A stretch of DNA of 64,000 nucleotides from Bacillota bacterium (GTDB lineage: Bacteria > Bacillota > Dehalobacteriia > Dehalobacteriales > Dehalobacteriaceae). The notes below the pieces were generated by a model. It did not search any database and was not told where the DNA came from. It saw only the letters and a list, made by a program, of their open reading frames with translations. Where the stretch lies: the NCBI GenBank assembly GCA_050952445.1, contig JBMNKX010000006.1, positions 90,333 through 154,332 on the forward strand. The letters are read 5' to 3'. The position numbers and the translations under genes were made by a program. Within the stretch, counting starts at the first letter, position 1, and each line of letters opens with the position of its first letter. This document shows positions 1 to 10,340 of this stretch, one piece after another.

Positions 1-341
1 TTTTAAATCATTTGTCAGTTGAAAAAATTATCCAGGCAGTGTTTAATGGTGATAATAATGAATTAGGTACTGTTCCGGGTATTGGAAAAAAGATTGCCCA
101 ACGATTAGTATTAGAATTAAAAGAGAAATTTAAAAAATTAAATTTTTCGAATAAAGACACTTTAACTGGGAAACCTCAGGTCGGAAACGGTAAAGATGAG
201 GCGGTTCTTGCTTTGGTTGAACTGGGCTATTCATTAAATGATGCAAAAGCAGCAGTAACAAAGGCTTCCCTTGCTTTAAGTGATGATATAGATATTCAGG
301 AATTAGTTAAAGGAGCATTGAAATTGCTTAGTAAACTATAA
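1..341 (+). CDS. ruvA: Holliday junction branch migration protein RuvA, C-terminal part (5' end outside window)
   Basis: The frame is open to the window edge. It has the HhH motif PGIGKKIAQRLVLELK and a C-terminal domain III-like tail, and sits directly upstream of ruvB. Confidence 0.9.
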   Translation, partial: LNHLSVEKIIQAVFNGDNNELGTVPGIGKKIAQRLVLELKEKFKKLNFSNKDTLTGKPQVGNGKDEAVLALVELGYSLNDAKAAVTKASLALSDDIDIQELVKGALKLLSKL

Positions 342-380
342 TAATTCTATCTGGAACCATATAAATGGGGTGTTTTAGCA

Positions 381-1433
381 TTGAACGATGAAAGAATAAT
401 TTCAGCGTCATTAAAAACAGAAGATTTGGATCATGAAACAAATAGTATTCGGCCTGTCACATTTATTGAATATATCGGACAGGATAAAGTGAGAAACAAT
501 CTGGAAATATTCATAAAAGCTGCCGTAAACCGTAATGAAGCTTTGGATCACGTCTTATTATACGGACCACCTGGATTAGGAAAGACAACTTTAGCCAATA
601 TTATTGCCAGTGAATTAAATGTGAATATTAGAACAACTTCAGGTCCTGCAATAGAACGTCCTGGTGATTTAGCTGCAATTTTAACAAACCTGGAACCAAA
701 AGATGTTTTGTTTATCGATGAAATCCATCGTCTCAACCGCACAGTTGAAGAAGTACTTTATCCGGCAATGGAAGATTTTTGTATTGATATTATTATTGGA
801 AAAGGTCCCAGTGCCAGAACATTGCGCTTAGATTTGCCAAAATTTACATTGGTTGGTGCTACTACCCGGGTAGGAATGTTATCCTCTCCTTTTAGAGACC
901 GATTTGGTGTAATATGCCGTTTAGATTATTATAAGGAAAAAGAGTTGATTGAAATAATTAATAGGTCGGCGGCAATTCTAAATATTGAAATAAAACAGGA
1001 AGGTGCTGCTGAAATTGCCCGTCGTGCTAGAGGCACTCCTCGAATTGCGAACCGTCTTTTGAGACGTATTAGAGATTATGCGGAGATTAAAGCTAATTCT
1101 ATTATTACCGGTAAAGTAGCTGAAGATGCATTAAATCTTTTAGAGGTTGATGAGTTAGGATTAGATAAAATTGACCGTAAAATAATACAAACAATTATTA
1201 ATAAGTTTAACGGCGGTCCCGTTGGTTTGGATACGATAGCTGCTACAATTAGCGAATCAGCAGATACCGTTGAGGATGTTTATGAACCATACCTTATGCA
1301 GCTGGGGTTACTTAACCGTACTCCAAGGGGGCGTATGGTAACTGCAGAAGCTTATAGGTATTTTGAAGTTCCACTACCTCAAGGCTGGGAATCTGAGATT
1401 CAAGGATCCTTATTAATAGAAAGGAAAGATTAA
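381..1433 (+). CDS. ruvB: Holliday junction ATP-dependent DNA helicase RuvB
   Basis: Walker [10 protein letters not shown] and Walker [10 protein letters not shown] are present, with full-length RuvB-like architecture. TTG start. Confidence 0.95.
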   Translation: MNDERIISASLKTEDLDHETNSIRPVTFIEYIGQDKVRNNLEIFIKAAVNRNEALDHVLLYGPPGLGKTTLANIIASELNVNIRTTSGPAIERPGDLAAILTNLEPKDVLFIDEIHRLNRTVEEVLYPAMEDFCIDIIIGKGPSARTLRLDLPKFTLVGATTRVGMLSSPFRDRFGVICRLDYYKEKELIEIINRSAAILNIEIKQEGAAEIARRARGTPRIANRLLRRIRDYAEIKANSIITGKVAEDALNLLEVDELGLDKIDRKIIQTIINKFNGGPVGLDTIAATISESADTVEDVYEPYLMQLGLLNRTPRGRMVTAEAYRYFEVPLPQGWESEIQGSLLIERKD

Positions 1434-1434
1434 A

Positions 1435-1965
1435 TTGAGAATATTGCTTCACTGTTGCTGTGGGCCTTGTTCAACTTTCCCTTTAAAGACATTAAATGAG
1501 GAAGGTCACAGCATATTTGGTTTTTTTTATAATCCGAATATTCATCCATTTCAGGAGTATCAAAAAAGACTGGATACTTTTCAGGAATTTGCGGCGAAGA
1601 CCCATCTTCAAACAATTATTAAGGACAACTATGATTTAGACAAATTTCTGAGAGAAATAGCCTTTAGGGAAGAAATTCGCTGCCGGTTTTGTTATTATTT
1701 AAGGCTTACTGAAACTGCAAAGCATGCAAAAAAAGGAAAATTTGACGGGTTTTCTACAACACTTTTAGTTAGTCCTTTTCAAAAACACAGCCTAATCAAG
1801 CAAATAGGTGAAGAAATTGGAGAAATGTATCAAATACGATTCTTATATCGTGATTTTCGCATGGGTTTTAAAGAAGGGGTAGAAATATCAAAAGAAATGC
1901 ATCTTTACCGTCAGACCTATTGCGGGTGTATTTATAGTGAAAGAGATAGATACCGGAAGGAGTAG
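1435..1965 (+). CDS. queH: Epoxyqueuosine reductase QueH (DUF208)
   Basis: N-terminal LLHCCCGPCS and C-terminal YCGCIYSE cysteine motifs are typical of QueH. queA and tgt are nearby. Confidence 0.85.
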   Translation: MRILLHCCCGPCSTFPLKTLNEEGHSIFGFFYNPNIHPFQEYQKRLDTFQEFAAKTHLQTIIKDNYDLDKFLREIAFREEIRCRFCYYLRLTETAKHAKKGKFDGFSTTLLVSPFQKHSLIKQIGEEIGEMYQIRFLYRDFRMGFKEGVEISKEMHLYRQTYCGCIYSERDRYRKE

Positions 1966-1970
1966 AAATC

Positions 1971-2192
1971 ATGGATTGGCAGGCAATAGGACGGATGTTA
2001 ATTGGTGTAGGCTTGCTACTTTTAATCATAGGTATTATTTTCTATGGATTAGGTAAATTATTTAATTTTGGTGGCTTTCCTGGTGATATTCTTTATAAGA
2101 AAGGAAATATTACATTTTATTTTCCTTTGGTAAGCTGTATCGTAATCAGTATAATATTAACTATTTTATTAAACCTAATATTTCGGAAATAG
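1971..2192 (+). CDS. Small membrane protein, DUF2905-like
   Basis: 73 aa with two hydrophobic helices and a central GGFPGDILYKKGNITFYFPL motif typical of DUF2905. Confidence 0.7.
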   Translation: MDWQAIGRMLIGVGLLLLIIGIIFYGLGKLFNFGGFPGDILYKKGNITFYFPLVSCIVISIILTILLNLIFRK

Positions 2193-2229
2193 CACTAAAA
2201 AATAGCTTTCTACAAACGAATCATATAAA

Positions 2230-2970
2230 GTGGACGGGCAGGTGGTAAGTTTGGGGGAATGGGAAAATTTACTTAAAAATGCTCGAGCAGGCCAAATTGC
2301 TGCCAGGAATGAAATTATAAAACGTTTCCAACCATTAGTAATCAAAACAGCTTCATCTTTAAGAAAAAAATACATTGATAGTAATAATGATGATGAGATT
2401 AGTATTGGCTTAATGGCTATTGATCAAGCTATTGATACTTATAACCCATGTGTGGGAACTAGCTTTATTGGTTATGCTGAAATAATTATCAAAAGACGGC
2501 TTATTGATTACTATCGCCGGGAACAGCGCCATAATAAGGCGATATTGTTTTCTAGTTTGGCAGGAACTGATAACGAGGATGGGATTCAAGTTATAAACCA
2601 AATTGAATATGATAATGCTGTTTCGGAGTATTTAAAAAAACAAGAGGAAATAGAAAGGAGAGAAGAAATCAGAAGATTTACCAAAAAACTGAAAGATTTT
2701 GGGATTACATTTAATGACTTAGTTATTGGATCCCCAAAACATGAGGATGCCAGGATCCGTGCCATTGAAGTAGCTAAATTAGTATCAACCCGGGCTGAAT
2801 TAAAGTCATATTTATTGACCAGAAAAGAGTTACCCTTAAAAAAATTAGAAAAGCAAGTTAAAGTTAGCAGAAAAACATTAGAGAGACAGAGAAAATATAT
2901 TATATCTGTTTGTTTGATTATTCTAGGAGAGTTTTATTATCTCAGAGAATATTTACATAAAGTATTATAG
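2230..2970 (+). CDS. sigI: RNA polymerase sigma factor SigI
   Basis: The N-terminal region resembles B. subtilis SigI (NEIIKRFQPLVIKTASS..KYID..DDEISIGLMAIDQAIDTY). It is followed by an RsgI-type anti-sigma gene. GTG start. Confidence 0.85.
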   Translation: MDGQVVSLGEWENLLKNARAGQIAARNEIIKRFQPLVIKTASSLRKKYIDSNNDDEISIGLMAIDQAIDTYNPCVGTSFIGYAEIIIKRRLIDYYRREQRHNKAILFSSLAGTDNEDGIQVINQIEYDNAVSEYLKKQEEIERREEIRRFTKKLKDFGITFNDLVIGSPKHEDARIRAIEVAKLVSTRAELKSYLLTRKELPLKKLEKQVKVSRKTLERQRKYIISVCLIILGEFYYLREYLHKVL

Positions 2971-2981
2971 AGGGTGAAGCA

Positions 2982-4229
2982 GTGAAAAAGAAAGCAATTG
3001 TTATGGAACGAAAGGGAAATAGAATAATTCTTTTGGCGGAAGACGGCAGTTTTATTATTCAGAAAGCTTCAATTCCTTATCCTGAAATAGGAGATGAAGT
3101 CGATATTATTGTCAAAAAAAATAGGTTACCAAATATTTCCACTGCTTTTATCGCCGTAGCATCAGTTTTATTAATAACATTTTTTTTAACTAATTTAATA
3201 CCCGAACAAAATAAAGTGATACCAGCCACAGGAACCGTCGTAAGATACGTTTCAATAGATATTAACCCTAGTATAGAATTGGGTGTTAATATGAAAAATA
3301 TTGTCGTATCAATAGAAGCCCTAAATAAGGATGGAACAGTTATAGTAAAAGAAATAAAAAATGCTCTTGATCAACCGGTTGATGTACTTCTAGAAAGAAT
3401 TGTGAATGAAGCTGTCGACAAAGGTTATTTAGCGGCAAGAAAAGAAAATAATATTCTTATTGATGTTTCAAGTGAAAATCCTCAAGATATAGAAGTTCTG
3501 AAAACAATAGAATTATTATCTGAAAAAGCTGCCGAGACTTTAAGTAAGAAGAACATAAAATCCAGCATTGGATGTGTTAAAACTGATTTAAAATTAAGAG
3601 AGAGTGCTCGGGAGCGAGGAATGTCCGCAGGAAAATATGCTCTGTTAAAAAAAGCAAAAGAGATAGATATCAATATTAACGAGCAAGATATGAAAACGTT
3701 GAGTATAGTAAAAGCTATTCAGAATGCCGGGGGAGATATTGAAGATATTGATAAGATAATAAGTAGTATAACGCAGGAAAAAAAAGAATCCCCTCAAAAG
3801 ATTCAGAATAATAAAAATATAACTATTGAAAAAAATAGTATGTTGGATAAAGAAAATCAGTTAATGAAAAACTCCAAAAATGTAGAAATAAATAATGAAC
3901 AAAAAAAGAATAAAGATAATACAAAAACAAATTCTAGTCCCTCAAAGCCTGAACAAACAAGCCAGGTAAAAAAAAATATAAAAGAGAACTCCCCAAATAA
4001 TAAAATAGAAACCGAAACAAATAAAGAAAAGAAAAAAAAAGACAAATTAGAGGTAAAGAAACATATGAAAGAAAAGGACAATGTAAAAGATAAGGGAAAA
4101 GATAACAAAGATAATAAAGATAAAAAAAATAGTAAAGATAATAAAGATAATAAAGATAAAAAAATAAATAATAGTACCCTGCCAGGAAATGACCTGGTTT
4201 TTTGTTTTATTAGAAAGTGTAAAGAATAA
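2982..4229 (+). CDS. rsgI: Anti-sigma-I factor RsgI with a lysine/asparagine-rich disordered C-terminal tail
   Basis: The RsgI N-terminal domain (MERKGNRIILLAEDGSFII) is followed by one TM helix. The extracytoplasmic part ends in a long K/N/D/E low-complexity region. Confidence 0.8.
   Translation: MKKKAIVMERKGNRIILLAEDGSFIIQKASIPYPEIGDEVDIIVKKNRLPNISTAFIAVASVLLITFFLTNLIPEQNKVIPATGTVVRYVSIDINPSIELGVNMKNIVVSIEALNKDGTVIVKEIKNALDQPVDVLLERIVNEAVDKGYLAARKENNILIDVSSENPQDIEVLKTIELLSEKAAETLSKKNIKSSIGCVKTDLKLRESARERGMSAGKYALLKKAKEIDININEQDMKTLSIVKAIQNAGGDIEDIDKIISSITQEKKESPQKIQNNKNITIEKNSMLDKENQLMKNSKNVEINNEQKKNKDNTKTNSSPSKPEQTSQVKKNIKENSPNNKIETETNKEKKKKDKLEVKKHMKEKDNVKDKGKDNKDNKDKKNSKDNKDNKDKKINNSTLPGNDLVFCFIRKCKE
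4101..4172 (+). repeat. Tandem 36-nt duplication inside the rsgI tail (DNKDNKDKKNSK / DNKDNKDKKINN)
   Basis: Two adjacent 36-nt units (4101-4136 and 4137-4172) match at about 31 of 36 positions by eye. Confidence 0.8.
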
Positions 4230-4575
4230 ACCAAAAGAAATGTTTCAACACAGTATTTTACCGCAAATCACAAAAAAATCTTCTCGATTTAAGAGCCAAA
4301 AATTTTGTGTTTGTTATGCGTCTTATACAATTAATCTAAAACTTCACTGTCTTATTCTGCAGAAAATCAAAAGAGCTTTTTCACTGCAGGAAATAATGGG
4401 AATTCGTCGAATTATAGTCAAAAACCTACCAGCAGGTGTAAAAGCAGGTGTAATAATGGATAGGCTTGTAAAGTTTTACTACTTAATGCACTAATTATCA
4501 TCATTTTACACTGCCTGTTCGAGCAGAGCAGAATAGAAACTTCGATTATCTAACAATTCATAAACGGCCGTTTTT

Positions 4576-5079
4576 CAGGTAATTTATTGTTCTTATTATC
4601 TGAGAGATTTTGCCACTAATTATATTATTGCCAAATTAAATTCTGGGGATATAATTAGTGTGTTTATCAGGCAGATCAAAATTTGATATTGATAATTAAC
4701 GGAAAACAGGATGAAATATTGTATTCCAATCCGTTATTGGCTGAACCGGAGTTACGTTGGTTTGAATGTTTTTAGTTTGGGTAATAATTATTATAGTATT
4801 ATAAGTTTATAACTCTAAATTATTAGTTGTAAACCGGATCAATATTGATCACAATCCCTATGGAATTGTGGGTAAGGAAAAATAGTTATTCAGCTCCGGC
4901 GGAAGCACTGGTAAGGTAAAATCTCTGACCTTTTCAGGATACGGTTATGGATATGGTATAGGATGAGCCAGTGGGAGGCTATAGGCATGGCGGAAAAAAG
5001 ACATAACTATGGGGAAATAATTGAGCATTATTATAATCAGGGTAAGAATGACGGTGCATTAACCATAGAAAACTTATAA
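4576..5079 (+). pseudogene. Decayed SpoIID/LytB-family gene remnant
   Basis: SpoIID-like segments are split over frames. They include GNNYYSIISL*, LLVVNRINIDHNPYGIVGKEK* and FSSGGSTGKVKSLTFSGYGYGYGIG, then a frameshift at 4963 into MSQWEAIGMAEKRHNYGEIIEHYYNQG. The region has several stops and is far shorter than an intact gene. Confidence 0.65.
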
Positions 5080-5119
5080 ATCCAGCAGCTTTAAACCAAT
5101 GAGCACAAGGAGCAAATTA

Positions 5120-6142
5120 ATGAAATTAAGTGATTTTAATTATTGTTTACCTGAGGAATTAATTGCCCAGCACCCTGTTGAACCGAGAGATGCTTCCCGT
5201 CTTTTAGTGATACATAGAAAAAGTGGTGAAATAGAACATAGGATATTTAGAGATATTATAGAATACTTATACCCTGGAGATGTATTGGTAATAAATGATA
5301 CTAAAGTACTGCCAGCCCGGATCTTTGCTACTAAGGAAACAGGTGCTGTAATAGAAGTAATTTTATTAAAACAGATTGATGCTTATAGGTGGGAAGTGCT
5401 GGTGCGGCCGGGAAAAAAAGCAAAAATTGGTGCTAAATTAATATTTTTGCCTGGTGAGTTAGAGGCAGATATAATTGAACAGACACCAGAAGGGGGGAGA
5501 ATTTTAGAGTTTAAATATCGGGGAGATTTTTATGCAATTTTGGATCAAGTTGGCAATATACCACTTCCGCCTTATATTAAAGAAAAGCTAACAGATCCTA
5601 ACAGGTATCAAACTGTTTACGCTGAAAAAAAGGGATCTGCTGCTGCACCTACAGCGGGATTGCATTTTACTTCTAGTTTACTGAAAAAAATTGAGGATCA
5701 GGGCATAGAAATAGCTCGGGTTTTACTGCACGTGGGATTAGGGACATTTAGACCAGTAAAGGTAGATAATATTGAGGAACATAGAATGCATTCTGAATAC
5801 TATGAAATTGACTCTGAGAATACAGATATAATTAATAGGGCTAAAAGAAGAGGAGCTCGTATTATTGGTGTCGGGACTACTTCTGCCAGAACTTTGGAGA
5901 CAGTTGCTTTGAGTGATGGGACGGTTGTTGCCGGTAAAGGTTGGACGGAAAAATTTATTTATCCGGGATATAAATTTAAAATTATTGATGCTCTGCTCAC
6001 TAATTTTCATTTACCCAAAAGTACATTGTTAATGCTGGTATCAGCTTTTGCCGACCGGGAATTAATTATGCACGCATATCAGGAGGCCGTAAAAAACAGA
6101 TATAGATTTTTTAGTTTTGGAGATGCAATGCTAATTATTTAG
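5120..6142 (+). CDS. queA: S-adenosylmethionine:tRNA ribosyltransferase-isomerase QueA
   Basis: The start was moved to ATG 5120 ([22 protein letters not shown] 7 nt upstream). Full-length QueA-like sequence. Confidence 0.93.
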   Translation: MKLSDFNYCLPEELIAQHPVEPRDASRLLVIHRKSGEIEHRIFRDIIEYLYPGDVLVINDTKVLPARIFATKETGAVIEVILLKQIDAYRWEVLVRPGKKAKIGAKLIFLPGELEADIIEQTPEGGRILEFKYRGDFYAILDQVGNIPLPPYIKEKLTDPNRYQTVYAEKKGSAAAPTAGLHFTSSLLKKIEDQGIEIARVLLHVGLGTFRPVKVDNIEEHRMHSEYYEIDSENTDIINRAKRRGARIIGVGTTSARTLETVALSDGTVVAGKGWTEKFIYPGYKFKIIDALLTNFHLPKSTLLMLVSAFADRELIMHAYQEAVKNRYRFFSFGDAMLII

Positions 6143-6201
6143 TAGAAACCGGTAAAGAAAAGAGAAATAATAAAGATCATAGCTGTTAATGGAGGTAATA
6201 A

Positions 6202-7311
<1,110 letters not shown>

Positions 7312-7500
7312 GCACTTCAAAAGCCCTTTGGCTGTAATAAGCTGTGGTGGTGTGTTAGGGTTAGGAATAATCCCTAATTCCTGATCTCGTAATTATTTGA
7401 TTTATAAAAAGTACGATGACAAAAGGATTTTTTCGGAAATGTGGCGAAGAACACTTCAAAACAACAACTTAAATAAAATGAAAAAGGTGGTGAGAAACAT

Positions 7501-7773
7501 ATGAATGGTTATATTGGAACGATCGTATATTTTGTTTTTATTTTTGCGATATTCTATTTTATTCTAATCAGGCCTCAGCAAAAGCGCCAAAAAAAGCATC
7601 AGGACATGATTTCCGGTTTAAAGGTAAATGATAACATTATTACCGCAGGGGGTATCTTCGGAACCATAACTCGGGTCAAAGATAATTCTATATGGTTAAA
7701 AATTTCCGATAAGGTAGAAATTGAGGTATTGAAAAGTTCTGTAAGTGCTTTTCAAAATAATGATAAAAAGTAG
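7501..7773 (+). CDS. yajC: Preprotein translocase subunit YajC
   Basis: 90 aa with an N-terminal TM helix followed by IRPQQKRQKKHQDM, the YajC signature. It precedes secDF. Confidence 0.9.
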   Translation: MNGYIGTIVYFVFIFAIFYFILIRPQQKRQKKHQDMISGLKVNDNIITAGGIFGTITRVKDNSIWLKISDKVEIEVLKSSVSAFQNNDKK

Positions 7774-7797
7774 ACTCTAATTAGGGTCTATTTTTAT
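7771..7797 (+). terminator. Intrinsic terminator after yajC
   Basis: Stem TAGACTC/GGGTCTA (one G-U pair), loop TAATTA, then a T5 tract. Confidence 0.5.
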
Positions 7798-7901
7798 TCT
7801 TAAAGAAAAAAGCAGGGTTCAGGGTTTGGTTTTGGGATTAGTGATAAGCGGTAAATAAAAGATTAGTAATAAAACACAAATTATAGACTTAATACCTTTG
7901 A

Positions 7902-7931
7902 TTGACAATTATCAGATTACAGGTTTATACT
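7902..7931 (+). promoter_or_regulatory. Sigma-A type promoter for secDF
   Basis: TTGACA (7902-7907), an 18-nt spacer, then TATACT (7926-7931). Confidence 0.5.
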
Positions 7932-7973
7932 AAGTTAGAGTGAATATTGAGGTGTTGAAGGAGGAGGAAATGG

Positions 7974-9182
7974 ATGAACCGGGGTAATAGTGTTAAACTG
8001 CTGGTGTTACTTATTCTGATAGCTGCAGCAGTTTATTTTTCAATTAATCCCATTAAAAAGAACACTAATCTGGGATTAGACCTGCAGGGTGGTGTTCATG
8101 TAGTTCTTAAGGCGGTACCTGAGGCGGGTAAAAAGGTAACGGATGACGATATGGTGAAGCTGATAGCAGTAATGCGTAAGCGTGTTGATGAATTAGGTGT
8201 ATCGGAACCCAGGATCCAGCGTGAAGGTTCGGACCGTTTAATTATTGAGTTGGCAGGTGTAGATAATCCCGAAAAGGCGATAGATATTATGGGTCGAATT
8301 GCCCGGTTGGAATTTAAGGATCCGGCCGGCCAGGTAATTTTGACCGGTGGAGATTTGAAGGATGCAAAAGCCCGAATTGATTCCAATTCGGGGAGTGGAG
8401 AAATAACATTAGAATTTACTTCAGATGGTGCTAAGAAGTTTGGATCCGCAACAGCGCGCTTAGTAGGTCAGCCTATTAGTATTGTCTTAGATGGAAAGGT
8501 TATTCAAAGTCCTACAGTAAATGAACCCATTTTAGATGGACAGGCGCGGATTACCGGAGGCTTCACTTTTGAGCAGGCATCGGAAAATGCTGCTTTGTTT
8601 CGGGCTGGGGCTTTACCGGTTAATATTAAAATAATGGAAAAGCGTACTGTTGGGCCTACATTGGGGAAAGATTCTTTAGACAAAAGCTTTATGGCAATTA
8701 TCTATGGAATAACGGCTGTTTTCATTTTTATGATAGGTTATTACCGTTTACCGGGTATTTTGGCGAATATATCACTAATTGTTTATGGCTTAATTTTATT
8801 ATGGATATTGACTTTATTAAAAGCAACTCTAACATTGCCTGCAATTGCCGGCTTCCTGCTGTCTATTGGAATGGCTGTAGATGCTAATGTTATTATTTAT
8901 GAACGGCTAAAAGAAGAGTTGAGGGCTGGTAAAACTCTTCGAGCTGCTATTGACGCTGGTTTTAACAGGGCCTTCTGGACTGTATTTGACGCAAATGTAA
9001 CTACATTGATTGCTGCTGCAGTATTATACTATTTTGGGACAGGGCCTGTAAGGGGATTTGCGGTAACATTAAGTATGGGTATCATATCCAGTTTATTTAC
9101 GGCACTTGTATTTACTCGTTACATTATCAAATGGACGGCAAATATTAGCTTCTTAAAAGATAGAAAACTATACGGGGCTTAG
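7974..9182 (+). CDS. secD: Protein translocase subunit SecD
   Basis: Periplasmic-type P1 domain (LGLDLQGGVHVVL) plus six C-terminal TM segments. Confidence 0.93.
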   Translation: MNRGNSVKLLVLLILIAAAVYFSINPIKKNTNLGLDLQGGVHVVLKAVPEAGKKVTDDDMVKLIAVMRKRVDELGVSEPRIQREGSDRLIIELAGVDNPEKAIDIMGRIARLEFKDPAGQVILTGGDLKDAKARIDSNSGSGEITLEFTSDGAKKFGSATARLVGQPISIVLDGKVIQSPTVNEPILDGQARITGGFTFEQASENAALFRAGALPVNIKIMEKRTVGPTLGKDSLDKSFMAIIYGITAVFIFMIGYYRLPGILANISLIVYGLILLWILTLLKATLTLPAIAGFLLSIGMAVDANVIIYERLKEELRAGKTLRAAIDAGFNRAFWTVFDANVTTLIAAAVLYYFGTGPVRGFAVTLSMGIISSLFTALVFTRYIIKWTANISFLKDRKLYGA

Positions 9183-9194
9183 GAGGGAAGAATT

Positions 9195-10076
9195 TTGAAT
9201 ATTAATTTTGATATTGTGGGAAAAAGAAAGATTTGGTATCTTATTTCATTAATCATTATTATTCCGGGAATGATTTCCTTTCTCTTCCGCGGCCTAAATC
9301 TGGGGATTGATTTTACCGGAGGAAATTTAATCCAGATACAGTTTAAACAAGATGTAAGTTCCAGCCAAATTCGAAATGTTGTTTCCAAGTTTGTGGAACA
9401 AACTCCTGATATTTCTGAAAGCCAGAAAAATAATTATATAATTAGGACGGTAACTATTTCAGAAGAAAAAAGCAAAGAACTTTTTCAAACAATGACAAAA
9501 GAATTAGGAGAATATAGCATTTTGCGCAATGAGAATGTAGGTCCGGTTATTGGACATGAGCTTACAATGAATGCTTTTTATTCTTTGATTATTGCTTCTA
9601 TATTAATGGTTATTTATATTTCATTTAGGTTTGAACTCAAATTTGGTATAGCAGGTGTTATTGCCTTGCTCCATGACGTATTGGTTTTAATAGGTATTTT
9701 TTCCTTGTTTCAGATTGAGGTGGATAGTACTTTCGTTGCGGCGATTCTAACAATCATCGGTTATTCTATTAATGACACTATAGTTATATTTGACCGGATT
9801 AGGGAAAATAAAAAGATTAATAGTAAGGAAGATATTGAAACACTGGCTAATAAGAGCATTATACAAACATTGACACGATCTATTAATACGGTATTAACTA
9901 CAATATTTTCATTAATTGCCTTACTGGTATTTGGAGGAGCGACCACAAAGGTATTTGCTTTAGCCCTCCTGATTGGAATTATCAGCGGGTGCTATTCCTC
10001 CATATTTAATGCCAGCCCGCTCTGGATCGACTTAACAAAATGGTCGGATAGAAGGAATAAATTAGCAAAAGCATAA
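9195..10076 (+). CDS. secF: Protein translocase subunit SecF
   Basis: SecF signature (GIDFTGG, INDTIVIFDRIREN). TTG start, directly after secD. Confidence 0.93.
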   Translation: MNINFDIVGKRKIWYLISLIIIIPGMISFLFRGLNLGIDFTGGNLIQIQFKQDVSSSQIRNVVSKFVEQTPDISESQKNNYIIRTVTISEEKSKELFQTMTKELGEYSILRNENVGPVIGHELTMNAFYSLIIASILMVIYISFRFELKFGIAGVIALLHDVLVLIGIFSLFQIEVDSTFVAAILTIIGYSINDTIVIFDRIRENKKINSKEDIETLANKSIIQTLTRSINTVLTTIFSLIALLVFGGATTKVFALALLIGIISGCYSSIFNASPLWIDLTKWSDRRNKLAKA

Positions 10077-10083
10077 ATTTACG

Positions 10084-10111
10084 AACAAGGGTACAGTTGG
10101 TACCCTTGTTT
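10084..10111 (+). terminator. Hairpin or terminator after secF
   Basis: Perfect 11-bp stem AACAAGGGTAC/GTACCCTTGTT with loop AGTTG. The T tract is short. Confidence 0.5.
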
Positions 10112-10277
10112 AAACTGAATCCAGAAGGATAAGTATGGGGCTAGTTAGACAGTTGCTCAGTTGGAAATAAACAGGATAGGGTTTTTTTGGCTGAATGAGA
10201 GGATTTTATTATATTGTGTAGAATAAATTTTTCTAAAAAGATTACCTAATGATAAAGCCTAAGTTGTTCTAGTTGAT

Positions 10278-10302
10278 AAAAGCACCCAGGGGTGCTTTTT
10301 TT
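10278..10302 (+). terminator. Orphan intrinsic terminator upstream of recJ
   Basis: AGCACC/GGTGCT stem flanked by an A tract and a T6 tract. No annotated gene ends here. Confidence 0.55.
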
Positions 10303-10340
10303 ACACGATTAAAAAATAAGGCTGGTATTTGGGAGGAAAG

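Noticed and set aside
548-742. The many 60-115-aa antisense or alternative-frame ORFs inside long genes (for example 548..742 -, 8096..8386 -, 6974..7183 +, 14389..14571 +, 24753..25019 +, 57604..57951 -, 60684..60998 -)
   Set aside because: Each is fully embedded in a well-supported conserved gene, lacks an RBS and has a biased, non-protein-like composition.
2193-2229. Possible SigI-dependent autoregulatory promoter upstream of sigI (CGAAT at about 2216-2220)
   Set aside because: Only the short -10-like CGAAT is present. The C-rich -35 element that I recall for SigI promoters is absent at the expected spacing, so this is too weak to call.
3857-4234. 125-aa - strand ORF antisense to the rsgI tail (also 62292..62564 - antisense to the acidic zinc-ribbon gene)
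   Set aside because: These poly-F/L/S or poly-I/F translations are simply the complement of K/N-rich or D/E-rich low-complexity coding sequence.
4189-4494. 101-aa + strand ORF overlapping the rsgI stop
   Set aside because: It has no RBS and starts inside the rsgI low-complexity tail. Its composition is not protein-like and it matches no recognisable motif. It lies in the degraded intergenic region, so I treat it as non-coding.
4230-5119. Possible preQ1 riboswitch upstream of queA
   Set aside because: No preQ1-I or preQ1-II consensus (for example the short hairpin plus A-rich tail) was seen. The region is explained by pseudogene remnants.
7340-7375. Two mutually exclusive hairpins (TTAGGG..CCCTAA versus AGGAAT..ATTCCT) in the tgt-yajC spacer
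   Set aside because: The stems are only 6 bp, there is no U tract and no recognisable aptamer. This is compatible with chance in AT-rich DNA.
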